In this document: positions 1-13,539 of the stretch, piece by piece
Layout of the letters: each line of letters opens with the position of its first letter
Numbering within the stretch: the stretch's first letter is position 1
Made by a program: the position numbers and the translations under genes
NCBI GenBank assembly: GCA_013239625.1
Contig: MU053652.1
Span: forward strand, 5,881,902 to 5,945,901
DNA from: Lama guanicoe
Lineage: Eukaryota
DNA length: 64,000 nt
Direction: 5' to 3'
The notes under the pieces: model-generated
Database searches by the model: none
What the model saw: only the letters and a program-made list of their open reading frames with translations
Told to the model about the DNA's origin: nothing

Positions 1-917
1 GTATCAGTTTCCTATTGCTGCTGTAATAAATTACCACGCAGCCAGTGCCTGAAAACAACACAAATGCATTATCTTCCAGGTCTGGAGTTCACTCAGTAGT
101 TCTGAAATGGGTCTCATTGGGCTAAAACTAAGGTATCATTAAGGCTGCATTCCTTTCTGGAGGCTGCAAGGGAGAATCTGTTTTCTTGCCTTTTCCAGCT
201 TCTAGAGGCTGCCTGCATTCCTTGGCTCATGGCCCCCTTGCTTCTTCAAAGCTGGCAATGACCAATCAAGTCTTTCTCAGGATGCTCTCTGTGATGGACT
301 GAATGTTTGTGTTGCCCCCAGGTTTGTATGTTGAAGTCCTAGCCTCCAGTGGGACTTTATTTGTAGAACTGGGCATCTAAGGAAATAATGAAGGTTAAAT
401 GAAGTCATGAGGGTAGCACTTGATCTGGTAGGATTAGTGTCCTTATTAGAAAAGACAGAGAGATCTTGCTTCCTCTCTTTCTCTACATGCTTGCACGGAG
501 GAAAGGCCATGTGAGCACACAGCAAGAGGGCATCTTTCTGCAACCCAAGAGATGAGCTCTTAACCAGAAACCAGCTCTGCTGGCACCTTGATCTTGAACT
601 TCCAGCCTCCAGAACTGTGAGAAATAAATTTCTGTTGTTTAAGCCAGCCGGTCTGTGGTGTTCTGTAATGGTAACCCGAGCAGCCTGAGACATCTCTCTG
701 GTTCTATCTTCTGTGTCCCTCTTCCCTACTTGAGGATGCTTGTGGTTACATTGGGTCCACCTAGATAATCCAGGGTAATCTCCTTCTTAAAATTCAGATG
801 ATTAGCAATTTTAATTCTATCTGCAACCTAATTCCCCTGCATAACATAACATACTCACCAGTTCCAGGGAGAAGGATGTGGACATCTTTGGGGAGTGCCA
901 TTATTCTGCCGACCACA
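1..917 (-). mobile_element. MaLR LTR (MLT1C/D-like), split by a nested MLT1A/B LTR
   Basis: Typical reverse-orientation MLT1 sequence (tcagtttcctattgctgctgtaataaattacc...cttctagaggctgcc). It resumes at 693 and ends ...attctgccgaccaca at 917. Confidence 0.85.
290..692 (+). mobile_element. MaLR LTR (MLT1A/B-like), nested
   Basis: TG...CA ends (tgtgatggactgaatg...gcctgagaca), MLT1 motif cctccagaactgtgagaaataaa, and tctc on both flanks. Confidence 0.9.
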
Positions 918-1509
918 ATATGTAGCTTCTCTCCCTCTCTGCTTTCAGAGGTTAAGTGTTATTTACTCAGTCTTTTTCCTTTTATAGCATTGCTTTGGGT
1001 GGGAGTGCCTCTTCTTTTTGGCAATTTGTGATTTAGAAACTGTTTGCTTCTGTGGGCAGATAAACAGGTTATAATGGCCCAGAGTGGTTTTCAGTGACCT
1101 ATTTACTCAGGAACATCTTTTTGAAAACCTTCATCCTCATTGTTCCTGGAATCCTTCCACAGAAGGCCGTCCTGGTTTCCCCCGGGTCTGCTGCTCTGCC
1201 TTTGTGCTCCCTGCTTGCCACTTAGAACATTTTGTTCTCTCCTAAGAGTATTTTCTCTATTCCATGTCAATATAGGCTGATAAACTACATTTAAAGTTTT
1301 TCTCCAAAGTATCATGATCACACTTTTTAGCAGTACATCACAAAAATGTTTAATGGTTAAACAATTTGTTGGTCGTGTCTAACCTTTTTTTCTGTCAGGG
1401 TAGGTGCATGAGCTTCCTCTGAAAAGGAAGTATCATATTTATTTCTCCCAGAACATTTTTTTCTTTTAAACTAAAGGCCACCCTTCATTCAGCTTTCTTT
1501 GGTTTTTCC

Positions 1510-3505
1510 CTAGTATTTATTTTCTGTCCATGGATCCACATTGCATTTAGTCATCATGTCCCCATAGGCTCCTCTAGACGGTGACAGTTTCTCAGACCTT
1601 GACAATTTGGTGAATCCTGGTGAAGGTATTTTGTACAGGGTTCTTCAGTTTAGGTTTGCCTGGTGTTTTCTCATGATTAGACTGGAGTTGCGGGGTTTTG
1701 AGAAGGATGCTATGGAGGTTAAGTGCCATTCTCTTCACAGTGTATTAAGGGTGCAGGCTCTCAACATGACTTATCCCTGGATGTTAACTCTGATGAGCTG
1801 GCTGAAGTGGTGTTTGTCAGGTTTCTCTGCTGTAAAGTTACTGTTTTCCCTGCTTTCCATACTGTGCTCTTTGGAAGGAGTCACTGTGCGCAGCACATAC
1901 GTAAGGAGTAGGGAGCTGTGTTCCACCTCTGCGAGGGAAGAGTGTCGCAGAAATTATTTGGAATTCTTCTGTGCAGAGGATTCCCCCACCCTACACATAG
2001 ACATACATTTATTCATTTATTCAATCATTGATTTTTAACAGTATGAACTCATGAACATTTATTTTATACTTTGGGTTAAACCCAATACTACATGATTGAT
2101 TTTGTTGCTCAAAAGTTCCATCTTTGGCCATGGGAGTTTTTCAGGTTGGCTCCTGTGTCTCTTTGACATTCCACCAGCAGTTTGTTTTTTGACCACTTCC
2201 TTATTTTCTGGCATGATAAGATAGTCCAAGATTATCTTGTATATTCTCCAAGGAGCTCTGGTTCTTTTCACTGGAGGATGAAATTAGAAACCAAGATCTG
2301 GGTGCCAGGTGTGCTCACTGCTACTGAGGTGTTGTTAGTTCCAAATCTTCTCATCAGTGCACAGAGCTTAGAAATATATGGGAATATACTAACTTACGTG
2401 TGCATATATATATGTATTATATATAGTTCTTTCTATATTTAATCCATCTACATTTATATTAAACCAAACATGAGGTCATACTGATGTTTAAAACTCTAAT
2501 CTTTCTCCCCATGGATCATTCTAGCCTCCTCCTCTTGCTTTTCTGTAACTTTGCACTCCTACAGTGAGCTCCCACCAGCTGCTATCCATGTATAGCAGTT
2601 TGAGAACTGTTAAGCTGTACCCCATGAGAAACACATTTATCAACTAGAATACAGTGCTTAGTTAACGTTCCTTTTGTCTTTAGTCACTTCTAATTGACTT
2701 TGGTTGGCACCATTTATCCCCACCCCCTTCAGGGAGGTTACATCATACATTTGTAATACAATTAGATTCTCTTGTCATGGTCTACAGTCCGTCCTGGAAT
2801 CCTCTGACCTCCTAACCGATTTTCAAAAATCATACATTAACTTTCACTCTTGTGACCTTGCTATAAAGTTCCATGTATTCACCACCTCAACATCATACAG
2901 ACTAGTTTCACAGCCCTGAAAATATCTCCTGTATTTGGCCTCCTCAACCCTTCTCTCTCCCCATACCACTGACAACTAGTGACTGGCGTTTTGAGCTGTC
3001 ATGTAAATCGAGTCATACAGTAAGTAGCCTTTTCAGACCAGCTTCCTTCACTTAGTAAATATGTATTAAGATTCATCAATGCAGTTGTGTGGGTTGATAA
3101 TTCATTTCTTTTTGTCACTGAGTAGTATTCCATTATACAGATGTACCATATAGTGGAATATTTTGCTTATCCTTTACCTTTTAAAGGTATACCTTGGCTG
3201 TATCCAGTTTTTGGTGATTATGCATAAAACTGCTATAAGCACTCATGCATGTTTTTGTGTACAAAAATTTTCAGATCATCATGTTAAATCCAGCAATTGC
3301 TGAATCATACAGTAAGACAATTGTTAGTTTTATAAAAAAGTACAAAGCTATCTTATTCTATGGTGGCTGCTGTTTTTCATTCTCACCAGTAATGATTGAA
3401 AGCTTCTGTTGCTCCACATTCTTGACAGAAATTGGTTATTTTCAGGTTTTGTTCTTTAATTTTAGCCATTCTGATAGGTGTGTAGTAGTATCTCATTGTT
3501 CTCTT
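1510..3505 (-). mobile_element. Ancient L1 3' region (L1MC/L1MD-like)
   Basis: Resembles L1MC/MD 3' UTR (gtcaggtttctctgctgtaaagttact), running into antisense ORF2 end (gagtagtattccatt, tttagccattctgataggtgtgtagtagtatctcattgt). Confidence 0.8.
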
Positions 3506-3834
3506 AGCTGCATCAGGAAGCTGTGCCAAGCAGCTATAAATGGTCAAAAGAAGAAAAAAAAGGAATGGTGGTGGTGGTGTATATGCTGCTAATGTGGATG
3601 AGTAGTTTTGGGATAGTCAAATTTTACATATTGTATTATTCTTTTGACTTATTTTTCAGGCCTGAACTCAATGAGAGAATTACCTTTAGGAAAGTGAGGC
3701 CTCCTTTAAATCATACTAAGTTGGAAGTTAACTGTGTTATACATATGTTCATATGTCTTCATTTTTCTTTATCTATCTATCTACATGTCCAACTCCACTT
3801 ATTAGTTGGACCAAAGGAAAAAGGCACTAACCAC

Positions 3835-4337
3835 TGAGATCAAAGATGGCTGCGCACATTTGCTACTCCTCTCATTGAGAAACAGTGTCTAATTTCATTC
3901 CTCTTGAATTTTGTCTGGCTTTAGTGGCTTGTTTGACCAACAAATGCAGTGGAAGTGACGTTCTGGAACTTCTGAGGCTGTGTCAGAAGAAACCTTACAA
4001 CTTCTGTCCAGGACTCTTAGGACATTTTCTCTGAGAAGGCTAGACGGCTAAGTAAGGTACCTGACTGGCTGAGACCACCATATTGCAGAAGCCACATGTA
4101 GGTGCTGCGGTCAACGGTCTGGCTGTGCCTACTCTTCTAGCCATTCCCACCAAGATTACGGAAATGTAGTGAAGCTGCCTTGGGCTAACTGGAGCAGCCT
4201 GGCCACTAGGTGAATACCATCAAGTGACTTCTGTCAATGCCTTAAGGCACAAAAGAATAGCTCAGACAGGCCCTTGCTGACTTCTTGATCAACCAAATTA
4301 TAATGGGTGATAAAATAGTTGTTGTAAGAAATGACCA
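3835..4337 (+). mobile_element. MaLR LTR (MLT1F/G/H-like)
   Basis: caaagatggct...ttgtttgaccaacaaatgcagtggaagtgacgttctggaacttctgaggct pattern. The 3' end is interrupted by the L1 at 4338. Confidence 0.75.
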
Positions 4338-4627
4338 TGTCATTCTAGGTGAAGTAAGCCAGAAAGAGAAAGAAAAATACCATATAAGATCGCTCATATG
4401 TGGAATCTAAAAAACAAAAACAAACAAAAACAAAGCATAAATACAGGACAGAAATAGACTCATGGACAGAGAATACAGACTTGTGGTTAACGGGGGGGGG
4501 GGGGGTAGAGGGTGGGAAGGGATAGAATGGGATTTCAAAATTGTAGAATAGATAAACAAGATTACACTGTATAGCACAGGGAAATATACACAAAATGTTA
4601 TGATAAATCACAGAGAAAAAAAAAAAA
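4338..4627 (+). mobile_element. Young L1 fragment (ORF2 end plus partial 3' UTR) with A-tail
   Basis: Perfect 12 bp TSD AAGAAATGACCA (4326-4337, 4628-4639). Closely matches the reverse complement of about 35670-35945. Confidence 0.95.
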
Positions 4628-6259
4628 AAGAAATGACCAGAAGAGTACACAGTGGCTCTCTGGGTCTGAAAGTGAATCACACAGTATATACTCAGGCTTG
4701 TTCTGTGAGATTCTAAAGCAGTCAATGCATGCATCATTCTATTACAGAAATAAAGGACTTCACATACACAGCTACTTACACAAAATGAAATGTATCTTCT
4801 TTATTAAATTTCCAGATCTTCCTCTGATAAAAGCTAGAGTCATCAAAGAAATATTGATTATAAAAACAGAAGCTCTAGTCTCATCTGTGACATGAAGTGA
4901 GTGCATACTTTTCACTATTAAAATGAAAGTTTGATGAAAAGTTATAATCTTCCTTTCAAAAATGAGTTGCCCTATATTCCCTTTCATTTAAATTAAAAAC
5001 ATACACAAAGTTCCTTTTTTTCTCTGTGGAAATGTATTCATTAACAAGTCACACTCTGATGTGGAATTTGGAAGAAAGTTTTCACAATGAAAAACCATAT
5101 GGCCAAAAATTCGTTTTAGAATAAACTCAAAGCCATAGATACCGACACAACGTGAGTGTCTCCTTGAGTCACCTGGTTACAGTGACACACTGTGATGAAC
5201 AAGAAAATATACTCTTAAAAATTAGCACTAAATTCTCCTCCAAGAAAAGATGAAAACACTCTCTCACTAAAGTGTTAAGAAAAAATAAATATTATGAAAG
5301 GCACTTAGCAAAATCCTCAAGTACAAGAGCAAGGGAAAATAATGGGACCCAGTTAGTTTTGAATGAAAAGGCAGTGGAACTAAACCTAATTAATTATGAC
5401 AACTTCATCTGTGGATGACCAACAGTTTACCTTTCTATTCTGGGAAACAAAAAGGTTTGCTTAGAAAATGTGACAGTGCAAATAAGACTAGAGCAGAAAT
5501 GTTTAACCAACTTGAAGTTGAGGAAACTGTTTTCAAGATCAGATGCTAATTCACAGGAAAAAAAACACACACACACATTTTGATTCCTTCTTAGGCTTGA
5601 ATTTCATCAAAGCAAACCCCAGATGGATACTTGATGGGTTAATATAGTTTGATTTATTATATATGATGGGCAAAACTAAAATTGCATTTAAAGATGCAGT
5701 ATCATTCATGTAGGTATTTCCATTTGTCAGATTTAGTGAAGTAGGTGGTATCTCTAGAAAGCTTAAAATTGGGCTGACTGTCTGCAATAAGAACCTGAAT
5801 AGTAAGGACGTACCTTCGGCAAAGGAAGGTTTCTGGATTCTTATTCGTGGGATTTGGAATGCCTTGGCTCCTGAGGAAATGGCCTTGTGCATAGTTCAGC
5901 AGAGGACTGCTTGAGCCTCCTGATGAGGTTATTTGATGTCAGGGACCATTTCAGGTGAACTGGAACAGTGTTGGCAACAGAGTCAGCCTTTAGTCCTCAG
6001 CCACGTCGTCAAATGGATAAAGTATGTTTTTAGCCCAATTAGCTTTCCCATGGTTCTCTCCTACTCCCCCATCAAGGGTATCTTCTACCTCCCTGATTCC
6101 CAGCTCTCCCTTTTCTCTTCCAAAATTTATAATCTCCATATCAGATTTTGTCAGCTAATGAAAAAATCATGCCTAAGTGTAAATGTACTCAGTGTTTTTC
6201 ATTCTTTAGCTGTAATTACATCATCAAGAGGAGCTGACTGTTTTAATATCTAGATTTCT

Positions 6260-6600
6260 GAGCTAGGTACACCCGAGTTTGAATCTCAGTGATTCAGTTT
6301 ACCTAGAGCAGTGCTTCTAAATATTTGCATGCATATAAATCACCAGGAACTCTTATTAAAATGCAGATTTTTTATTTAGTCATCTGGGGTTGGGCCTGAG
6401 GGTCTGATTTCCAACGAGTTCCTAGGTGGTGATGTAGCCGCTATTCCACGGACCTAGACCATGTTTCCTGCCTCTGTTTCCTCACCTGTCAATTAAAAAT
6501 AATGGCAACTGCTTACAGTTGTTGCAGGTGTTGTATGAGCTGCCTTATGTTAGGTGCAGTTCCTGTCCAAGAATCATCTAATGCATGGCGGTAGTGGTGG
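6260..6600 (+). mobile_element. MIR interrupted by MER5A-like hAT MITE (~6309-6452)
   Basis: MIR core cctctgtttcctcacctgt. MER5 cagtgcttct...ttattaaaatgcagatt...ctggggttgggcctgag. Confidence 0.7.
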
Positions 6601-6876
6601 TGGCAGTATCATGCTGATAAGAGTTTTAATAATACGTTGGAGAATTTCAGGCTGAAGGCTTTGGAAAAAAGTTTTAGGTGTAGAATCTTACTTGGATGCC
6701 AGTGCTGTCTTCAGAAGCAGCCCATCAAATCACCTGCACCTAGGGCTTTCCCTGATGGGCTGAGCAATACCTCAATAGCTCCTCAGTTGTCCTCCAGTAA
6801 TTCTTATGTCCACAGAGGCTTCTGAGTGCTCATGTGTAGGCAATGTGGTCCAGTCATTACAAGACACTTGCTGTGA

Positions 6877-7156
6877 CAGAAAATAAGCTTATGGCTACCA
6901 GGAGGGAAAGAGGGTGGCAAGGGATAAATTTGGAGTTTGAGATTTGCAGATACTAATGATTATATATAAAATAGGTAAACACAAGTGTCTAGTGTTTAAC
7001 ACAGAGAACTGTATTGAATATCTTGCAGTAACGTATGATGAAGTATATGAAAATCACTATATGCATGTATATGTATGACTGAAACATTATGCTATACACT
7101 AGAAATTGACACAATATTGTAAGCTGACTATACTTCAGTAAAACTAAGGAAATATA
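6877..7156 (+). mobile_element. L1 3' UTR fragment (cetartiodactyl-type)
   Basis: L1 3' UTR motifs. TSD aagacacttgctgtga (6861-6876) vs aagatactagctgtga (7157-7172), 14/16 match. Confidence 0.85.
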
Positions 7157-8959
7157 AAGATACTAGCTGTGAATTAACATTTTCTCTTATAGCATGACTT
7201 AGATGTTTTAACTGGAGAATTTGAGGGTTGGGGAAAACATGGAAGAGGGGTTTTGTTAGTAGCTACAAGTCAGGAGGACTCTTTGAGTATTTCAGGAGAA
7301 GGAGAATTCAAGTATAGCATTAGAACGCCTGTTAGTGTTAATAAAATTGTATGTGGGACCTCGAATTTCAGCATAATGCTCATTGCACCTTTATCTCTAG
7401 AGGTGTCCAAGAACTTAAAATGGACAGTTTCTTTACCCTTGGTAAGAAATAGTGGCTGGGGAAAATCTATGAGCCATTTCTTTAATGTCTTTGGTCGCTT
7501 ACATTACTCTGTAATTTCAGGAAACTCTGCACATAAGTGCAGAAAAACTGGAGTTTCAGTACCTCAGTGCTGAACAAGCAGAGTAGAGAAACAAAAGAAG
7601 GAAGGTGATATTACCAGTACTTGGCTGTGTCACTGGAGTCTGACTGTCCATATTTTATTGGCTGATTTTTCAAGAAAATGCTTTTTTTTTCTCATGGGTC
7701 TTTTTTTTCAAATGCTATTTCCAAAAGGTCACTTATTTGTCGTATCACTACTACTGCATATTAAAATGCAGAATATATCAGATTAGAATACGCTAAAAAA
7801 TGCTCAGGGAATTCAGTCAGTACACATTTTTAATATTATTTTTAGTATTAATATGTTTAAGGGCACAGGTAGTATTTGTGATTGAGCATCTATCAAGATG
7901 TCCACTTCTGCAGCAATGGTAATCTTTTATAATCCATTTGAAATAGCCTTCACGGTCCCTTTACCTTTAAGAGGATATGGCTTCCTTCTTGGATTTCTTT
8001 AAGGGAAGCACTATAAGTCTTTGATTTTCTGCAGTACTGCTTGAAAGATGAAGATGTCAAGATGGATGACAGCTAATGAACTGAATGCTCAATAGTTCAT
8101 CACCTTGGTTTTTCCTGAAACCATTTCTTGTCCTTGCTTGGTAAATTGAAATCACTTGACTTTGTTGCAATACCTGACAGGAGTCAAATCCCAAAAATAT
8201 CCAGACAGGAGTAAATTCTTTTAGCATCACAAATCTTCCGCTGTCTGGAGCCGTTAGGCCAGTGGGTTAAGGTACAGAAAGATGAGAGCATGGTCATGTC
8301 CCATCTGGCACTGGTTGGCTCCCTTCACTTGGATAAAAAGTGCTGTAGGGCTATAGAAAAAGGAACAAGGTGAGACTTGTGCATAGATCAACATGAATGG
8401 ATCTCCACTCTTGGAAAAATAGCTCAGCAATAGGTCTACTCATGGTTTAGCCAGTCATATCATTTTGGTGTATAAAGTGTATTTCCAGTTTTCATGTTCA
8501 TTCAAAGACATATTTGAATTATAAAGTGGCATGTACCTTATATTGTTTTTTTAAACCATCGAAATGGTTCACATAAATAGAACAATTAACAATACCAGTG
8601 GGTTTCTTTTTATGGGATGTCTTGGCATAAACTATATTAAAGGAAACAGTGTTAAACCAAGATTTTGATACACCTAAAAGAATTTGATATATTTAATGGG
8701 GCACCACTTTTAGCTGTACATAACAAGGAATCATTGCTTGTTATTCACCACCTACAATATTCCTTAAATATCAAGCTTCATTAGTACTAAATGTGAGGTT
8801 TTTCTGGGTATGTCTGTACAGTGTTATAGCAACTAAATGAAGACACTACAGTCAAGTAAACACTTCTTTGGTTTATAAGCTTGATGTCACAAAGATAATG
8901 ATACCTTAAGTTTCCAATTTGCAAAATGTTTTTGTAAATATAATCCAGATATAATATAT

Positions 8960-9570
8960 AGAGGTTATGGTACTGTCGCCCATATTTATAGATAACTTAG
9001 AGAATATAGATAGCTTCATAGTTGATAGAAGATTTATAGATAGCTTAGAGAAGTAAGATGACTTGGCTAGAACAACATGCTTAGTAAGTGTCAGAACTGG
9101 GGGTTAATTAATTTAACATCTTTTATTGAGTATTTACTATATGCTGGTCACCATATAGGAAGCTTCAGAAATCTTTTGGTCTAATGAGGGAGAGAGAAAT
9201 AAAATAAATAATTACATAAATGTGTAATCACACATGTTTGATAAATGTTCAAAAGGAAAGCAAGGTGTGCTCTGAAAGAGAACGGGTGCCTGATTAAGAA
9301 TGTGGGTTAGGCAAGGACTAAGTCTGAGGAGTGACATGTGCATGGTCTGGGTCACGTGACTGAGGAGACAATGGGTGCCAAGGCTGGGGAGGGGCTGCAC
9401 AAGTTAGAGACTGGGCCGCAAGGCAGGGGACAGTGCATGGAGGGCGTTGCAGGCTGTGTCATTCAGGAATTTTCATTTCACTGTCAGTTACACAGGAAGC
9501 AGGGGAACATCACAGTCAAACTTGAGCCCCAGGTAGTCTGCTTCCAAGTTTAGTGGCTATTCCCATCATT
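8960..9570 (-). mobile_element. MIR fragments flanking an L2 3' fragment (~9105-9490)
   Basis: L2 end pattern ttaacatcttttattgagtatttactatatgctgg. MIR cttagagaagtaagatgacttggc. Confidence 0.6.
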
Positions 9571-11309
9571 CACACATCAACCTTCTGATAGTGCCCCCAA
9601 AGAATTCTTGTTTTCCTGTCTTTATATATTTATTTGCCTAGTGTTTAAGTATACTATTATTCTCATACACGCTCTCTATTTGGGACTTTGATCTGTTGGT
9701 TGTCATAACTAGTGGCTCCTGCATTTTCTTTTTTAACTTCTGCAAAGACGTAATTCAGGCTAGGAAATTAATATGTGGTTCTAAGAAGGCTGTGTTTCAT
9801 TGTCTGTGAACGTCAGTATGTAGAATTCAGCTTAGATTTTGACATAATATTTTCATTGTATTAAACAAGTGGTTGAAAAATGCTTTGGAACAAAATGGAA
9901 TGAGCTGACTCAAGGAGGATGTTTTTTAAGACCTGGGATAATGCCCTTGACTGGTTGTCAACTTCTTCTCTGGCCTCCACTCTCATTGATCAGTCTTAGC
10001 AGCCTGTATCTGGATGTTGAACAAGTCTTTGGCCTTGAAGATGGCCTAACCTTTTTAGAGGTGAGTTTATGTGTGTGTTTTAAAGCAGAGAAATATATTC
10101 ACTTTGAAGTTGCTTGCTTCAAAACAACCTAGACGTCTGTCTTTTGAATTCCTAAAATTTTGGAGAGGCATTTAGGACACATGGATGGGATCATCCACAA
10201 AATTTTTATTTTCCTGAGGGAACCTGCTTTGTGACAAAAGGGGCATTTTGAGATCAGTACTTACAAATCACCAGAGACCAAATCCATTATAAATCTAAAT
10301 CTTTGGAAGACTTCATGTTTTCAAAGAAATTAAATGGATTTTTAAAAAAAGATATAAGGATTCACTTTAATTTCAACAATAATCATTTATCATCACAGAC
10401 TTTTTTTTATGATTATCCAAATACTATGCAATGTGCCATTGATAACAAGTTCCTAGGCATTTGGAACTTGGCTAATAGATTTTTTATTACATTTCCTGGG
10501 CTCTGCTTCTAACCTGGAATATTTCTGGTGAAATAGAAGCAATTTGAGTCGCTATTGGGAGGTCTTTATTTTAAAGGGATTGGCCTTGTAGGAATTAGAC
10601 TTCATTGTTCTTTTACGAAGACATAGCTTGAGTAAATCCAGTCTATAAATAATTTTGTAATAAGCAGCACTATGAAGGAACTCATTTTTCTTTTCTTTGA
10701 AACATCAATAGTTTCATTTATTCATACTTGGAGGACAACTTGAAAAGACAAGTGGAACCAAAAAATTTAAAAATGTTTTATATATTTAAACATATCCGCA
10801 TAATTTTTTTGTTGTTATCGTTTCTCTTTCAAAAGGCTTTGCTGTGGTGTCACACTGTCAGGGCGATACCTTCTTGCTCAGGGTGAGCTCTCTTTGGCCA
10901 GACTGATTCCATTGTCCTACACACAGACGTATTCCCCTCACTGGCAGTCCATTGCCTTCTACTGCCCTTCTTGAAATCCATCTAACTCATCTTTAGGCTT
11001 GAGGTGAGAGTTTGATCCAGGTTTTTCCTTTTTTATTTCCCTTCTGCTCAAAAGTACTTTTCTATAGGTCATGGAAATAGCGGTCGGAGTGGGGATTGGG
11101 CAGTGAGTACATTACTCAGATATACGTAACTCAGGACCACTTTGCTGACATTTAAGTAGATGGGCCTCTGTGGCACTTTCTGGTTCTGGCTGTTACCATT
11201 CATAGGACAATCTGATCTCTGAGTACTTCCTTTATAGCACAGGGACTTATGAGCCATCACTTCTTCCCAAAGCTAATCCAAGGCAGATCTCTAACACTGT
11301 GGCCAGTGG

Positions 11310-11465
11310 ACCCTTGCAATAGAATTCTCAGTATTGCCTTTGAAAGTATTTCCTGGCCCCCTCCCAGACAGAAGGAATTAGAATCTCAAGTGTTGTAGGA
11401 TGGTGATCTGCATTTTTCCTACATCTCTCCAGGTGGTTTGTAGGCACACTGAAGTTCAATGATCA
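11310..11465. mobile_element. MER5-like hAT MITE fragment
   Basis: cctggccccctcccagac...gaatctc...atctgcattttt...ctccaggtg pattern. Confidence 0.6.
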
Positions 11466-11466
11466 T

Positions 11467-11836
11467 TATTATGGACTGAGTGTGTCCTTCTCAATTTCAT
11501 ATATTGTAGCCAAAACCCCTTATGTGATAGTATTAGGAGGGGGAGTATTTGGGAAGTAACTGGGTTTAGATGAGGTCTTTAGGGTAGAGTCCTCATAATG
11601 GCATTGATGCCCAAGTAAGAGGAGTAGACATCAGAGCTTCCTCTCTCTGTCATGTGAGGAGACAGCAAGAAGGCATCCATCTGCACGTTAGAAAGAGAGC
11701 ACTCACCAGAACCCTGTGCATGCTGGCACCCCGATCTCTGGCTTCCCAGTCTCCAGAGTTGTGAGAAATAAATGCATATTATTTAAGCCACCCAGTCAAT
11801 GGTATTTTGTTACAGCAGCCCAAGCTGACTAAGACA
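11467..11836 (+). mobile_element. MaLR LTR (MLT1A-like)
   Basis: ttatggactgagtgtgtcc...gtgagaaataaa...gcagcccaagctgactaagaca. Confidence 0.9.
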
Positions 11837-13539
11837 GCCAGTGTCCTAGGGGAAGCTCTCCATATTGGGAGACAGGAGGTAGTTTCATTCTTTAGGATGA
11901 GAATGAAGACCTGGGGTACAAAGAATGATCACTTGGAGATTGGTTCTTGCATATAGTTGTTGTCTCAATTTTTCTAGTATGGTGTCTGTTGTCTATCATC
12001 ACGTGTCTTTGTCTCTCTCCTTTATTACCCCCTGAACTGCTCCTTCCACCAGCTGTATTTAGTGCAGAAGAGTTTTGAAAGCACATCTCAGACACTGGAT
12101 TTAAACTCTGAAATGTCCTTATTCCTAGTCTGCCCTTGTCTAGCCAAGAGACTGATTGTGCAAGACTCCTTATGTTTCTGCAGAGTTAACTGAATTTGCT
12201 TTACCATTAAATTTGAGACTATCATGTGACCTCCCAGTATGCATTAAAATTAACAACATTCTCTTTAGTCTTCAACACAAAATCATATCATTTTTTTGAG
12301 ATTCTGCAAAATTCATGAGCTATCATTGAATTTTCTGAAATTAAAACAGCATGTTAACAAATGGTAGTAAATATGATTTATGGGGTGATGCAGCCATTCA
12401 GCATATGCTGTAGCTTTTAATTCTTGGTTATTACCATTAGCCAGGGAATCAGTGAAAAATGCTTGAGAAAAGGAACTAATAGAAGAACGATTTCTGTAAA
12501 ATAGAACTACCAGCATTGTATGCTTCTTCCTAAGTTTTGTGTGAAGAATAGTCACATGGTTTGGAAAACTGAAAGTCTGCAGCCATTTAGCTGTCCCTTC
12601 TTATAATAAAGGTTTCCCACTGAATAGTTAATATCAGGGCTACATCTAATTACATAACATGTAAATATAAAAATATAGGCAAGTAAGCCATTTAATTACA
12701 AGTAAAGAAAAAATAAGTTGCTCTTCCAACTCAGCTTTATCTTGTTTGCTTGTATGTATTATGTTTCTTTTTGCTCTAACTGAATGGAGTTTGAATTTAG
12801 ATACTGAATATACAAATAAGTTTAAGGACAGCCTAAATATATTCAAAGAAAATGCATTCCTTACACAGTATGATAAGTGGAAGATGTTTGGATGCCCATT
12901 CCTGGCTTTATGACATTGATATGCTACAACAATCATCCCTTCTGGTGCGAAACATTGTCATGACAGAGCACAGGCCTGAGTAGACCAAGGATCCAATCCA
13001 TTCATCCCGGTATTTTGGGGGAATACAGCATGATGTGTGTGCGTACCAGCTCCTGGACAAAAGAGAGGCAGTGATCTAGGTTCTAGTCATGACTCTTCCC
13101 CAATCTTGAGGTTCACTGGGCTTTGGGCACATAGTAGGTACATTACCAATGCTTGAACATGGATTTGTACAGTCAAGCAAGTCTGTGCTTACTTATTCAG
13201 ATGGCTGCCTCACTTGCAACGGAAAAAGAACATTTACTCTACTGTACTCCCAGAGATGGAAACTCTTGAAATGAAATAGAAAAGAAGTTCAACCAGCCCA
13301 ATATAGGATAACACACAAGGGATTATTTAATCTATGGATGTTCCATTTGTGTGTAACTGTTTCAAAGTTTTGATTTTTTTAAATCAATGTTTAAGTTTAC
13401 ATTTTATAAGTTGTCATTTAAAAGCATAGAATCAGAGTTTGTTCTTGGCACGGTTCCCTCATTCCCAGGCCTGTAACAGAATTTAAGGACACTTCCAAAA
13501 GCATAGCCTTTTTGCCATCTTCTTAGGTCATTTGTGCCA

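Noticed and set aside
277..693. 138 aa minus-strand ORF
   Set aside because: It coincides with the antisense of an MLT1 LTR and has no protein-family features.
1607..2038. 143 aa plus-strand ORF
   Set aside because: It lies inside an ancient L1 3' UTR and is a chance open frame.
8240..8340. tRNA A-box-like or ancient SINE-like sequence
   Set aside because: No B-box or cloverleaf, and only a patchy match to recalled LF-SINE/AmnSINE sequence.
8984..9052. Short direct repeats (atttatagata.cttagagaa x2) as a repeat-spacer array
   Set aside because: Only two to three degenerate units inside a MIR, consistent with local slippage. There is no CRISPR-like array anywhere in the window.
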